Positions 1-9,496 of a DNA stretch of 41,551 nt are shown here, piece after piece. The notes under the pieces were generated by a model. The model ran no database searches. It saw only the letters and a list, made by a program, of their open reading frames with translations, and was not told the DNA's origin. Position numbers and translations under genes: made by a program. Numbering within the stretch: position 1 is the first letter of the stretch; every line of letters starts with the position of its first letter. Where the stretch lies: IMG/VR virus record IMGVR_UViG_3300045988_025400, one strand, 5' to 3'. This DNA is from a virus.

Positions 1-119
1 CCCCCTCACAGCTCCGCCGACAGCAGGGACACCGCGCCCGCGTTGAGGGCGGCGGCGGTCATGCCGTGGCTGGCCTTGGCGGCGGAGATCATCACGCCGT
101 TGGCCCGCGCCGCCGTGAC
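1..119. repeat. 119-bp terminal direct repeat (copy 1); identical to 41433..41551, indicating a circularly closed or terminally redundant contig
   Basis: Bases 1-119 (ccccctcacagctccgcc...gcgccgccgtgac) recur verbatim as the last 119 bases of the window. Confidence 0.95.
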
Positions 120-1631
120 GGCGAACGTGAAGCCCGTCTGATCCGTGCCGCCCATAACGCTGCGCACCTTGAAATCATCCACAACGATGGTGGGCTTCGC
201 CCGCATGGTCACGGGCAGCGGCACAAAGAAGAAGATGGTGCCCGTGCCGATGATCACGGCCTGCACCAGATCCGACGCCAGCGGCACCAGATACCGCTGG
301 CACCGCGCCAGCTCCGCGCCGTAGTCGGGCAGCTGGTTCAGCACCCACGCGCCGCCGTACAGATGCGCCAGCGTCTGCACATCGCCCAGCTCCAGCTTGG
401 CGGCGATGAGCTTCGTGCCCGCCGCCGTGACGGTGAAGGTCTTGGTGGTGCTGTCGTAGCCCACGGGAACGACGCCCTCCTCTGTCAGGGCGGTGGCCGT
501 CACCGTACCCACCGGCGCGTCCTCCAGCACCTGCGCCATGGTGCCGTTGAGGGTGATGCCGTCCGCCCCGATGGTCACGGAGCCGCTGACCAGCTTCCAC
601 CCGTCCAAAAAGTACCCGGCGGTGCTGATGGTGCCGCTGACGCCCCGCTGATTCACCGGACGGCCAAAGTACCAGTTCCGCAGCAGGTTGGGGTTACAAG
701 GAAACGCCTTGGTAGCAATGACGCTGCCGCTGATGGAGATGTTCTCCCCGGCTGTCAGCGCCTCTTGCTTGCCCTCCAACACAGCCTGTACGCTTCCGCC
801 GCTGCTGGTTGGGATATCCTCCGCCGACAGGGACACGTTGCCGCTCTCGTCGGGGGATTTTTCGTTGACAGAGCTGACAGACCCCGCACCGTCGATGCCC
901 ATTCGCGTCACGGAGTAGCTGACGGCGGGGCTTCCGGTGTTGAACGTGGTGGTGACTTTCGTCCACAAATATTTGCCCTGCGGTACGGTGGGGATTGTCG
1001 TACTCCAACTGCCACTGGGGACAATCGTCCCGGAATCAGATACCATGTACTCCACCGTTGTACCCGTCACAGTGGCGGCGGCTCCGGTGTCTCCCTTTTC
1101 TCCCTTGATTTGATACCACGTGTATTGCTGCCAGTCATCCGGGGCTTCTGCCGCCGTGCCGGAATACACGCCCATCCACGCATCCGGCAGGTCGCCCATG
1201 CTGTGGCTGTCCGCCGTGGGCTGCTGGCTGGCGTATTTAATCCACACGTGGCTGTCATCACCCTTGTCGCCCTTGGCTCCGTTGTACACGGAGAAGTCAA
1301 AGAAAGTCCCGTCCGTGCGCGTAAAGCGGTAGTTGTCCACCAGCCCCACCGTGGACAGTTTTTCAAAGTTTGTCAGGCCGTTGCCGTTTGTCACGGTAAA
1401 GGTTTTCGTGGTGGTGTCGGCCAGCGTAATGGTGTAGGTGTCCACAAGCCCATCCGTACCGGTTTTGGCAATATTGGAAATACCGCCGTGACCGTCAGCC
1501 GCCGCCGTCAGCCAGTTTAATAGCGTCTGCCCTTGCAGGCGCTTTGCCGTGCCGTCCTGTTCCAGCACGAACATGTCTGTTGACTTGATCTGCTCCGCTG
1601 CTACCAGCTCGGATATCGCTTTATCAGCCAT
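6..1631 (-). CDS. phage tail fibre / receptor-binding protein
   Basis: 541-aa ORF and the last, most distal gene of the tail module. It has short collagen-like triplets (GAKGDKGDD, GEKGDTG) and a G/S/T/V-rich beta-type C-terminal half. Its ATG overlaps the stop of the preceding small ORF. Called by position and composition only. Confidence 0.8.
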   Translation of the reverse strand: MADKAISELVAAEQIKSTDMFVLEQDGTAKRLQGQTLLNWLTAAADGHGGISNIAKTGTDGLVDTYTITLADTTTKTFTVTNGNGLTNFEKLSTVGLVDNYRFTRTDGTFFDFSVYNGAKGDKGDDSHVWIKYASQQPTADSHSMGDLPDAWMGVYSGTAAEAPDDWQQYTWYQIKGEKGDTGAAATVTGTTVEYMVSDSGTIVPSGSWSTTIPTVPQGKYLWTKVTTTFNTGSPAVSYSVTRMGIDGAGSVSSVNEKSPDESGNVSLSAEDIPTSSGGSVQAVLEGKQEALTAGENISISGSVIATKAFPCNPNLLRNWYFGRPVNQRGVSGTISTAGYFLDGWKLVSGSVTIGADGITLNGTMAQVLEDAPVGTVTATALTEEGVVPVGYDSTTKTFTVTAAGTKLIAAKLELGDVQTLAHLYGGAWVLNQLPDYGAELARCQRYLVPLASDLVQAVIIGTGTIFFFVPLPVTMRAKPTIVVDDFKVRSVMGGTDQTGFTFAVTAARANGVMISAAKASHGMTAAALNAGAVSLLSAEL

Positions 1632-1785
1632 TGTCAGCGTCCTCCTTGTTCTCAGTATTCATCGCCGCCGTCAGCGCTTCCAGCGCATTGATACACGCCA
1701 ACAGCCGGTCAAGGTTGCTTTTGCCCCGTACCTCCACACCGTTCAGCGTAGTGATGATGGCAGATAAGGTTTCTTTCATGTGCAT
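1624..1785 (-). CDS. small hypothetical protein (53 aa), translationally coupled between the tail gene and the fibre gene
   Basis: ORF below the track cutoff: MHMKETLSAIITTLNGVEVRGKSNLDRLLACINALEALTAAMNTENKEDADNG. Its ATG overlaps the upstream TAA (TAATG) and its TGA overlaps the fibre start region. Confidence 0.4.
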   Translation of the reverse strand: MHMKETLSAIITTLNGVEVRGKSNLDRLLACINALEALTAAMNTENKEDADNG

Positions 1786-2063
1786 TATTTCTCCCCATCA
1801 TACGGTCGCCGCAGCGCTACACGCACGGCGCTGGAATCGTTGTAGGCGTATTCAACGCCGATAACCTTCGTGTATCCGTCATAGACTGCCGTTTCGCCGC
1901 CCGCAATGTATTCCATGTGCCGAGTGTTGGCGGACGCGCTGAACGCAGTCAAAGCGTCTATCAGAGTCACACCCAGAATATCCACGTACAATATGCCAAC
2001 AGACGCCAAACCGCAAAATGGGCAGTCATACGCAGTGCCATTGGCAATTTTGAATTTTGGCAT
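1785..2063 (-). CDS. hypothetical tail-module protein (92 aa)
   Basis: ORF 1785..2081 trimmed to the ATG (MPKFKIANGTAYD...), which is preceded by GGGAGGGCG 7 nt upstream. It lies between the tail-tip and fibre genes. Confidence 0.55.
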   Translation of the reverse strand: MPKFKIANGTAYDCPFCGLASVGILYVDILGVTLIDALTAFSASANTRHMEYIAGGETAVYDGYTKVIGVEYAYNDSSAVRVALRRPYDGEK

Positions 2064-2067
2064 AGCT

Positions 2068-3327
2068 CTACGCCCTCCCAATCACATAAGTTGCCGCATC
2101 TTTCTTCATCACCATATAACTGTCGCCGTTAATGATAAAATTGTTTCCCGCAACAGTTAGCGAGGATATTTCTGCGATAGCGGCGTACATCCTGTTCGTC
2201 CACAGCTTTTCGGATTGAACTTGCCCGGTTACGACCTTATTTGCATAGATCACATCCGCAAAGTAACCGTTGATTGTGCTATTACATGTGCTCGGGTAGA
2301 CTGACCCGGACGTGATATGCCTGTTCACAATGGCGTCTGTTCCGATCTGGCCGCCGCCAACAGAAAAGCTTGCAAGTCCCGCTCCGTCAAAATACCCAGC
2401 GTTGCCGCCGTAGTCGATGCTCCCAGCCTGCACCGTTCCCAAAAATTTGCCGCTGTAGGCGGTCAGATTGCCGCTGCTGTCAACCGTGAAATACTTGCCA
2501 AGCTGGATACCGTTTGGGCCAAAATAAATGCCGTTGGTATTCGTGCCGCCCCATGTCTGGCCGTTGGTACTCAGATATCCGTTTTTGATCGTCAAGCCAC
2601 CAATAACGCCGCTGGTGGCGGTGATTTTACCCGTAACACTCAGCCCGCTTTTATCGGCTTTCAGCACCGTACCGCCGTTGCTGGTCAGCGTCCATCCGTC
2701 CGCTGTCAGGCTCCATCCGAAACTCGCATTATCTCCGCCCTTGCGGTCTACCTTGGCACTGATTCCCCCGGCCTGAATGTTCAGCGCCGCCGTAAGAGAT
2801 TCGGTATCGCTCTCTCGCGCTTCGACCTCTGCCAGAATCTGATCGGCCATCACCGCGAGGCTTGCTTTTACTTCCTTGTGTTGCCGCTCAATTTTCCGCG
2901 TTGTTGGAGATTTGTACTCGTATTTATAGTTGATTTTTTCGCCGCCCGGCGCGGACAGATTGGCCGTATACAGCGGCCCATGAGAAACGTCTTTCTGGTA
3001 TATGCCACTGTATACGCTGCCCACCGATACGCCGTCCCCGATCTCGGCCGCTGGGTTCAGGTGCGCGTCACTGGCCGTATATGGTTGATATTGCCATCCT
3101 CGGATTTTGGCGAGAATGTCATTTGCCATCTTTTGCGATCCCCACGGGCATTCAAGCGTCAGCGTGCGGCCTGTGTCGCTTCCTGCGGAGTATTCCATCT
3201 CGTCAGAAACAACAATAGTCACGCCGGAATAGCCGTCAAATTCCTCCTGTTTTTCCAGCGAGGAGACAAACTTTCGCACATTCACAATGTCAGACAACGA
3301 TCCTGTCACCTCCAAACGTAATGGCAA
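2068..3327 (-). CDS. tail-tip / minor structural protein
   Basis: Roughly 410-aa ORF downstream of the tape measure with a beta-rich G/S/T repeat C-terminus (GLSVTGKITATSGVIGGLTIKNGYLSTNG...). The start is uncertain: TTG at 3327, or TTG at 3297 after GGAGGTGA. It overlaps the end of the upstream gene. Confidence 0.7.
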   Translation of the reverse strand: MPLRLEVTGSLSDIVNVRKFVSSLEKQEEFDGYSGVTIVVSDEMEYSAGSDTGRTLTLECPWGSQKMANDILAKIRGWQYQPYTASDAHLNPAAEIGDGVSVGSVYSGIYQKDVSHGPLYTANLSAPGGEKINYKYEYKSPTTRKIERQHKEVKASLAVMADQILAEVEARESDTESLTAALNIQAGGISAKVDRKGGDNASFGWSLTADGWTLTSNGGTVLKADKSGLSVTGKITATSGVIGGLTIKNGYLSTNGQTWGGTNTNGIYFGPNGIQLGKYFTVDSSGNLTAYSGKFLGTVQAGSIDYGGNAGYFDGAGLASFSVGGGQIGTDAIVNRHITSGSVYPSTCNSTINGYFADVIYANKVVTGQVQSEKLWTNRMYAAIAEISSLTVAGNNFIINGDSYMVMKKDAATYVIGRA

Positions 3328-4072
3328 ATCCTGCGTTGTCGGTCAGATACCGCGTCTCCTTCGGGATGTCCCAGAAGCAAACCAGCTGCAATTCGCCAGC
3401 TTCGCTCATGATAAAGCTGCCCGCGTACATGGCCGCGATATAGCCCAGATACTCCCGGCAGGAATATGTAGTGTTGTACTGCACAGGATACGCGGCGGTC
3501 ATCATGGCGGTGGTGCGGCGGTCAACTGTGACGTTCAGCGCCGCCGCGATTTCCTTCACAACGTCAATATCCTTCGCGGGCCACGAAAGCTTTGTGTTTG
3601 CCGGATAATCCTGCTCAGAGAACAAAAGCGCGTCATAGCCGTGGATTTGCAGCCACTTCACATCATCCTCGTCCGCGTCCTCATCGATGGAATCGGCAAA
3701 AAATATGCCCTGTTGCAGCCACTCCGAATGCCGCTCACCGTCTGTAAGCCGGGAATAGATGGAGATACGCGAAAGTCCCACGATCGTGCCGACAGGCTTC
3801 AGCATTTTTATATTGCACTCACGGCTGATGCATTCGCCTACCGTTGGCTCGCTGCCGCTAAATATGCCTCCGCTGGTGGACACGTCCGCCAGCATACTTT
3901 CACCATATCCGCCGTCAGCGCCGGAAGCGGACACCAGAATGCGCACGCCGCCGAAGGTGATGTAATCACCGCTCTTGTCGATCAGCAGGCCGCTGTCACC
4001 GATGGAAACTCTCGTTTCTACGGTGTAGTTCCCCGTTAGCAGCTCGCGATACAGGGCAGATGTTGCTTGCAT
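3290..4072 (-). CDS. tail component (baseplate/distal-tail region)
   Basis: ORF 3290..4078 trimmed to ATG 4072, preceded by TAAGGAG 5 nt upstream. It is the second gene after the tape measure. Confidence 0.7.
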   Translation of the reverse strand: MQATSALYRELLTGNYTVETRVSIGDSGLLIDKSGDYITFGGVRILVSASGADGGYGESMLADVSTSGGIFSGSEPTVGECISRECNIKMLKPVGTIVGLSRISIYSRLTDGERHSEWLQQGIFFADSIDEDADEDDVKWLQIHGYDALLFSEQDYPANTKLSWPAKDIDVVKEIAAALNVTVDRRTTAMMTAAYPVQYNTTYSCREYLGYIAAMYAGSFIMSEAGELQLVCFWDIPKETRYLTDNAGFAITFGGDRIVV

Positions 4073-4081
4073 ACGCACTCC

Positions 4082-4459
4082 TTACTGCTCCACTAGCGGG
4101 AAGCTGATGCCCTCCCACAGCATTTCCCCCGTGTCGGGGTCTGCCGTGGCGATAGTGGCCGGTACGTTGTTGGAGTAGTACCGCGCCGAATGTACCGTAT
4201 ACAGCGGGTGCATGTTGGTTTCCACCGTCACAAACTCCGGCAAGATCAGCTGCATTAAAGCCAACTCGTCTTCCCGGTTCATGGGCAGACACTTCACGTT
4301 TGCCTTAAACTTAATGGCCACGCGGCCACGGTGCATGGTGGCGTCCATGGTGCGCCCCGCTTTGGCGCTGTCGATGTCATTGCGAGACCATTCGATTCCG
4401 TTCTGCTCCGTCAGGTGCAGGATGTCCACGCCGTTGATTTTAAAATAAGGCGCCGCCAT
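4082..4459 (-). CDS. small tail component immediately downstream of the tape measure
   Basis: 125-aa ORF. ATG 4459 lies 4 nt after the tape-measure stop and has a GGGGGTG RBS. Confidence 0.7.
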   Translation of the reverse strand: MAAPYFKINGVDILHLTEQNGIEWSRNDIDSAKAGRTMDATMHRGRVAIKFKANVKCLPMNREDELALMQLILPEFVTVETNMHPLYTVHSARYYSNNVPATIATADPDTGEMLWEGISFPLVEQ

Positions 4460-4462
4460 GTA

Positions 4463-6397
4463 TCACACCCCCAATGCCCGCTGATTCCGTCTCTGCTGCC
4501 GCGTGATCTCCGGGGACAGCACCCGCGCCAGCGCCGCAAGATCACCGGTAAACTTGATGGTAATTTCTTCGCCGCCGCTGCCCAGCTCCTCCCGCACGAT
4601 CTGCCGGATCAAATCCGCCGGGGCTTCAATGTTCGTCCCGTGCTTCTGGTCGCCCAGCACCGCCATAAACTCGCGATTTGGCGGGATAATTGCTCCCTTA
4701 GCAAGTCTCGGGATTTGCAGCTCTGCAATGGGTCTAATGTTAAACCCAAAAGAGCCTCCTCCGAGCCAATCTGGGATTTTAATTTGGAGGGAATTTAGCT
4801 TACTAATAAGCCAGTTGATGCCCTTGATGATGAGGTTTACAGCTGCCTCCAAAACGCCGACAATGGTATTCCAAATGCCACGGAAAATTTCTTTGATGCC
4901 TTCCCACGCTTTTTCCCAGTCCAGCGTAAACACGCCGGTCATAAAATCAATAAAGCCACCAAAAATTTGTTTGACGCCGTCAATAACATCGCTGACATAG
5001 GTTTTCGCCAGTTCAATGATTTCGTGGAAACGTCCGTTTGTTTTTCCGTCCAGCCAGTCCAGCAGACTTGTCAGCCCCAGTTTGAACCAGTCCCAAATAC
5101 CAAACACAAAGGTTTTCACGCCGGTAAGCATTTGGATAACCGACTGTTTCATTTTTTCTAAGTCGCCTGTCAGTATGCCGGAAATAATCCCCAGCGCGCC
5201 CTGCACAATGTCCTTAATGCCGGTCAACATATCTCCTACCGGAGTACCCGCAAGACCGCACTTTTCTATGATGGTGTCTATGATCGCTCCAAAGATATAC
5301 CCAACAAAGTCCAGCAAATCGGCCAGCAACATACGGGCGTGGCTTACAAAGTTGATGATGTTGTCCAGAGCCGCGCCCCAATCCCCGGAGAATACGTTGC
5401 CGATAAACCCGGTGACATCCTTAAACAGGTTTACAATGTCCTGCCCTATCTTCTTGAGCTTGTCCGCGATTTTATCAAGAAATGCGAAATTTGCCGCCGT
5501 GCTGAAATCCGGTTGAATAATGCCGGATCCGCCGCCACCTTCGCCACTTAACTTGTTGATCTCATCAAACGACGCAAGCTGCTTACTGGCAGACTTTGCC
5601 GCTCCGCCCACGCCTTTATATGCGTTTTTCTGGTCATTCAGGGACTTTGCCGCGTTTGCGCTTTCTTTTGCCGTTGTTCCAAATAGGGCGGATACAATAT
5701 TTGCGATAAACGAAACCACCGTAGCCAGTACCTTAACCAGCGCAGTAAACGCCGGGATGATGATCTGCACAAGCGGCTGTGCCAGCGTCAGCAGCGCACC
5801 CTTGAGCTGCGCAATAGCGTCTCGTGCTTCACCGTTTACGGCTACCACGTCCGCCAGCCAATCCCGGAGTGCCGACAACGCACGGGCAATGACAGTAAAC
5901 ACCAGCGCCCGCTTTGCCAGCATTTTTACGCGCTTTGTGAACGATTCCATGCCCTGGGATGCTTTGTCTAACCCTTCTTGTATCTTTCCTGCGTTCTTGC
6001 CGGTATTGCCAAGTTGCTTACCTAACTCACCGGCCTTTGCTTTCATTCGGTCAAGCTCCGCTTCGCCCTCGCGGATAGCGGCGTTCTGCTTGTCCAGTTT
6101 GTCATTCATGGCGTTCCATTCTTTTTCCATAGACGCTACAGCGGCCTCCTGCTGCTTGATAGCGTCGCTGGTGAAGAACTCGCCGCCGCCCTTCATCTGC
6201 GCCAGTTTGGCCTTTGCTTGGTCAAGCTGTGCGCCCAGGTTGTTGGCTTGGTTAAACAAAGTATCTCGCGCGGATTTCTTGTTGGTGAGCTTTTCCTGCA
6301 GCGCTTCTATTTTCTTTTCCAGCGCATTGAGTTCTTTCTGCGCCTGCTTATCGTCAATGTCGGCCTTGATGATAACGGAGCCGTCCGCGTTTGCCAT
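4463..6397 (-). CDS. tail tape measure protein
   Basis: 644 aa. N-terminal coiled coil (KELNALEKKIEALQEKL...), a long hydrophobic/Gly-rich helical middle, and canonical placement after the chaperone pair. RBS is GGTGA. Confidence 0.9.
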   Translation of the reverse strand: MANADGSVIIKADIDDKQAQKELNALEKKIEALQEKLTNKKSARDTLFNQANNLGAQLDQAKAKLAQMKGGGEFFTSDAIKQQEAAVASMEKEWNAMNDKLDKQNAAIREGEAELDRMKAKAGELGKQLGNTGKNAGKIQEGLDKASQGMESFTKRVKMLAKRALVFTVIARALSALRDWLADVVAVNGEARDAIAQLKGALLTLAQPLVQIIIPAFTALVKVLATVVSFIANIVSALFGTTAKESANAAKSLNDQKNAYKGVGGAAKSASKQLASFDEINKLSGEGGGGSGIIQPDFSTAANFAFLDKIADKLKKIGQDIVNLFKDVTGFIGNVFSGDWGAALDNIINFVSHARMLLADLLDFVGYIFGAIIDTIIEKCGLAGTPVGDMLTGIKDIVQGALGIISGILTGDLEKMKQSVIQMLTGVKTFVFGIWDWFKLGLTSLLDWLDGKTNGRFHEIIELAKTYVSDVIDGVKQIFGGFIDFMTGVFTLDWEKAWEGIKEIFRGIWNTIVGVLEAAVNLIIKGINWLISKLNSLQIKIPDWLGGGSFGFNIRPIAELQIPRLAKGAIIPPNREFMAVLGDQKHGTNIEAPADLIRQIVREELGSGGEEITIKFTGDLAALARVLSPEITRQQRRNQRALGV

Positions 6398-6409
6398 ATA
6401 ATCACCTAC

Positions 6410-6438
6410 TTGCTTTTATGGTATTTATGTGGTACTAT
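6410..6438 (+). promoter_or_regulatory. sigma-70-like promoter for the plus-strand moron
   Basis: TTGCTT (6410-6415), 17-nt spacer, TACTAT (6433-6438), about 38 nt upstream of ATG 6477. Confidence 0.5.
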
Positions 6439-6476
6439 GAACAAACCACAAAAAACTTCTTGGAGGGCGGAAGAAA

Positions 6477-7091
6477 ATGGGCAAAATGACTAAGTGCAAG
6501 ACCTGCGGCGCAGATATTGCAAAATCTGCGAAAGTTTGCCCTGCCTGCGGGGCCAAACAGAAAAAACCGGTTGTGCTGATCGTTATAGCTGTGTTTATTG
6601 CTATCGGCATTATTGGCACTGCGCTTGGCGGGAACTCCCCAGAAAAGGTTGGGGATACAGGCGCAAAAGGCGGAAACGGATCAACTGCTCCGCAGAAAAC
6701 GGAATTTGCAGTTGGTGACGTTGTCTCCCTTAAAGACATTGAAGTCACATTTGTGTCTTGCACCCAATCAAGCGGAGAAGGTTTTTACACACCAGACAGC
6801 GGCAACGTTTTTCTATTTTGCGAATTTGCCATTGAAAACAAATCCAGCAAAGATATTTCCATAAGCTCTATAATGTCCTTCGAAGCGTATGTCGATGACT
6901 ACTCCACAAACATGAGCATGACCGGCACATTAGCCGCAGACAAAGGCCAAATGGACGGCACTGTTGCAGCCGGGAAAAAGATGTCTGGCGTAATAGGCTA
7001 CGAAGTCCCCGCCGATTGGAAAACGCTTGAAATCCGTTTTACCCCGGACTTTTGGTCTGGCAACGACATTACATTTATTGCAAATCATTGA
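6477..7091 (+). CDS. zinc-ribbon / single-TM / DUF4352-like extracytoplasmic protein (moron)
   Basis: N-terminal CKTCGADIAKSAKVCPACG, TM helix VVLIVIAVFIAIGIIGTAL, and a beta-rich C-terminal domain resembling DUF4352 (recognised by eye). GGAGGG RBS. It is the only plus-strand gene inside the structural operon. Confidence 0.85.
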   Translation: MGKMTKCKTCGADIAKSAKVCPACGAKQKKPVVLIVIAVFIAIGIIGTALGGNSPEKVGDTGAKGGNGSTAPQKTEFAVGDVVSLKDIEVTFVSCTQSSGEGFYTPDSGNVFLFCEFAIENKSSKDISISSIMSFEAYVDDYSTNMSMTGTLAADKGQMDGTVAAGKKMSGVIGYEVPADWKTLEIRFTPDFWSGNDITFIANH

Positions 7092-7101
7092 CCGCCGCGC
7101 A

Positions 7102-7124
7102 GCCGCCCTCCGGGGCGGCTTTTT
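7102..7124 (+). terminator. rho-independent terminator of the moron
   Basis: Stem gccgccc / loop tccg / stem gggcggc, followed by ttttt. Confidence 0.7.
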
Positions 7125-7668
7125 ACGTCCAGCCTTTGATAATTTCTTCCTCCGCCTCCGAGTACCGTCGCTTGATGTCGATAACGTCGCGGTTTCTGCG
7201 GTAAAACTCCCTGTCGGCTTTGTCTTTTAGCTTGCCTTTTGCTTTCAGATCGCGTATGCGCACGATCTGCGCGAAGTAGCAATCCCCGATTTCTCCGTAG
7301 TACGAAAGAAACGTCCACCAGTGCAGATACGGAAGCGCCCGCACCTCTTGCCCCACTATGCGGTTGATTGGGGCGATGAGCAGTCGAAAGTCCTGTTCCC
7401 AGTCCATCAACTTGGTCGATTTTTTTTGCGTTTCCTCATTTCCGCCATTGATAAACCAAAAGCACTGTTTTATCGCTTCTTCCATGTGCTCCCCAGGCAT
7501 AGTGAAAAAACCGGGGTAAAACATTCCCAACACGCCAAAGCACTTTTCTTCGCTCGTTAGTTCCACAGCAGACAGCACCGAGAATATGTCCAGTATCACG
7601 CGAAAGTCCGTTTCTATTGGGTATTCCGTTCCACACACCTCAAGGCTCGTCGGAAGGTCGTACATCAT
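7123..7668 (-). CDS. tail assembly chaperone, Listeria-phage-A118 Gp15-like
   Basis: 181 aa directly upstream of the tape measure. N-terminus YPIETDFRVILDIF... and a basic C-terminus. ATGA overlap with 7665..8081. Confidence 0.75.
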   Translation of the reverse strand: MMYDLPTSLEVCGTEYPIETDFRVILDIFSVLSAVELTSEEKCFGVLGMFYPGFFTMPGEHMEEAIKQCFWFINGGNEETQKKSTKLMDWEQDFRLLIAPINRIVGQEVRALPYLHWWTFLSYYGEIGDCYFAQIVRIRDLKAKGKLKDKADREFYRRNRDVIDIKRRYSEAEEEIIKGWT

Positions 7669-8081
7669 CTGTGGTACTTGGCCGTATACTTTGCAAGCTT
7701 CTCACTGTGAAAAGCCTTTTCACGCTTAATCCCCTCGTCCAGCTCGTCCATGATGGCAACCATCAGGTTCATCCACAGGGGCGCACCGTCAGCGATAGCG
7801 TAAACGCTCACGTTGCCAAACAGCGGCTCACACACCGGCTGCTCAAACACCCCGTCAATAGTCTCGCGCATTTCGGCGTCCATATTTCGGAGCCAGTCAA
7901 ACATTTCGCGGGCGCTCATTTTTTCTACGTTATCGTCTCGCGCATCCTGCTTCTTTTTCAGCGCGTCAAACGCTGTGTAAAGCTTGTCTGCAAACGCCGG
8001 ATCACTGGGGTTAAAATATACCGTGCATTTGTCATTCAGGTTGTATTCCTGTACGCCGGTGGTGATTGTCAATTCCTTCAT
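7665..8081 (-). CDS. tail assembly chaperone (first of the pair)
   Basis: 138-aa acidic protein between the major tail protein and the Gp15-like gene. Confidence 0.7.
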   Translation of the reverse strand: MKELTITTGVQEYNLNDKCTVYFNPSDPAFADKLYTAFDALKKKQDARDDNVEKMSAREMFDWLRNMDAEMRETIDGVFEQPVCEPLFGNVSVYAIADGAPLWMNLMVAIMDELDEGIKREKAFHSEKLAKYTAKYHR

Positions 8082-8090
8082 GTGTTCCCT

Positions 8091-8116
8091 CCAAAACAGG
8101 GGCGGTTGCCCGCCCC
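8091..8116 (-). terminator. intrinsic terminator/attenuator after the major tail gene
   Basis: On the minus strand: GGGGCGG-gcaa-CCGCCCC followed by TGTTTTGG. Confidence 0.6.
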
Positions 8117-8121
8117 TTTAT

Positions 8122-8643
8122 TTAGGCCGCAGTAAACTCAATAGCGCCGCTGCTGCCCTTCTTCACAGTGCCCACAGTGCGGGTGCCGCCATAGGTGATC
8201 TCGCTGGTGATATTCAGGGTGCCGCCGCCCTCGCCGCCGATGCCGGTGATGGCAATAGCGCAAGCGTCGTAGCGCTCCGCAAACATCGCCTCGCCGCTGG
8301 TGGCGTAGAAGTGGCCGATCATCATGTCCTGATTTGCCAGCGCCTGGGCATCCTGGTCTTTTACTGACAGGTTCCACATCTTCACCGCCGCAGCATCGCC
8401 CGCATCCAAGGGGATGGGATCAAAGGTCTGCTTGATGGTGGGCTTTTTCATGGTCGTAAAGGTGTGCCCCAGGATGTCCTGTTTGGTATCGGTGCTCCAG
8501 TCCATTTCCTCGCTGCTGTCCTCAACGCGCTTACCGATAGCGCTCCACACAGGAGCGGATGCGTTGCCGATGTTCAGGTACGCAATAAGCAGTTCGCGGT
8601 CAATGGTCTGGCCTGCGGTTGTGTTGAATTCCAAATCTGCCAT
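8122..8643 (-). CDS. major tail protein
   Basis: 173-aa beta-rich ORF in the canonical position between the head-tail connectors and the chaperones. Confidence 0.8.
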   Translation of the reverse strand: MADLEFNTTAGQTIDRELLIAYLNIGNASAPVWSAIGKRVEDSSEEMDWSTDTKQDILGHTFTTMKKPTIKQTFDPIPLDAGDAAAVKMWNLSVKDQDAQALANQDMMIGHFYATSGEAMFAERYDACAIAITGIGGEGGGTLNITSEITYGGTRTVGTVKKGSSGAIEFTAA

Positions 8644-9089
8644 TATACATTCACCTCGTAATTCAGTTTCATAAGGATTTGGTGATCTTCGTCCCCGTTT
8701 TCATACATGGCAAACAGGGAAGATCGCGTGGTCGGCTCCATGCTGATAACGCGCTTGTCGTCGCCAATGTCGGGCTTCTGACCATTTGCCCAATCCCCGA
8801 TAGCGTTCAACAGTTCGTCAGCCTTGAGCCGTTTGTCGTTGCTGTTCCCCGGCTTCACTCGGTAGATTATCTTGAACTGATAATCCGCCACATAACCGCC
8901 GGTGATATACTTCCGCACGATGTAAGCCGCCTGAATGGTCGACATCGCCATAGCGGAAGTGTCGGCGGGAAGAAACTCAAAGCGGATAAGGTCGACTGGC
9001 AGCTCCGGGTATGTGTTCAGCCACACAAGCAGCTTGCGCGATACCTGATCCTCTTCCGCCGCTGACACGGCCTTTTTAATCTTTTCCAA
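8643..9089 (-). CDS. head-tail joining / tail-completion protein (minor capsid family)
   Basis: 148-aa ORF whose stop overlaps the major-tail ATG. Position is typical of a tail terminator. Confidence 0.7.
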   Translation of the reverse strand: MEKIKKAVSAAEEDQVSRKLLVWLNTYPELPVDLIRFEFLPADTSAMAMSTIQAAYIVRKYITGGYVADYQFKIIYRVKPGNSNDKRLKADELLNAIGDWANGQKPDIGDDKRVISMEPTTRSSLFAMYENGDEDHQILMKLNYEVNV

Positions 9090-9495
9090 ATTTCTTCACC
9101 GCCTTATCTGCCACCCGCACCCACTTCTCCATGTTCTGCGCTTTGGAAGCGTCAAACCAGTGCGCCTGTGCCTGCGGATGCATTGTTGTGTTAAATACAA
9201 GATTTCGGTCTGTGACCACCTTGTGCCCGCCCTTTGGGGCGTATGTGCTGCCGGTCGCCGGGTCTACCATTACCTTACCGTAGTACAGGAAGCGGGCGTA
9301 TGGGCCGGGATAAATGACCTCGTTTCCAACCACCCGTGTTCTCTGCGTCAGAGAGCCTGTAAGCGCAGGCACAAAGGGGATGGTATCTTTCATCACCTGT
9401 TGCGCTAAAACGCTTTCAGCACGGTCACAGGCCCTTGCAAGCTGCCGCTTTACATCGTCCATGCCGGACACGTCAACAGAGAACTTGAGCGACAT
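9076..9495 (-). CDS. head-tail adaptor (HK97 gp10-like / minor capsid family)
   Basis: 139 aa with the motif IPFVPALTGSL...YPGPYARFLYYG, typical of this connector family (recognised by eye). Confidence 0.7.
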   Translation of the reverse strand: MSLKFSVDVSGMDDVKRQLARACDRAESVLAQQVMKDTIPFVPALTGSLTQRTRVVGNEVIYPGPYARFLYYGKVMVDPATGSTYAPKGGHKVVTDRNLVFNTTMHPQAQAHWFDASKAQNMEKWVRVADKAVKKFGKD

Positions 9496-9496
9496 C

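Noticed and set aside
66-1520. Long antisense ORFs opposite real genes: 66..1520(+), 2317..3321(+), 5520..6401(+), 10466..11560(+), 17508..18500(+), 27826..28728(+), 37501..38367(+)
   Set aside because: They have Arg/Gly/His/Pro/Ala-rich composition typical of non-coding frames in GC-rich DNA and no RBS. Each lies fully opposite a gene with clear family motifs.
7660-7700. Canonical -1 programmed frameshift (G/GT-type) between the two tail-chaperone genes
   Set aside because: No XXXYYYZ slippery heptamer was found near the end of 7665..8081. The genes are joined by a simple ATGA stop/start overlap.
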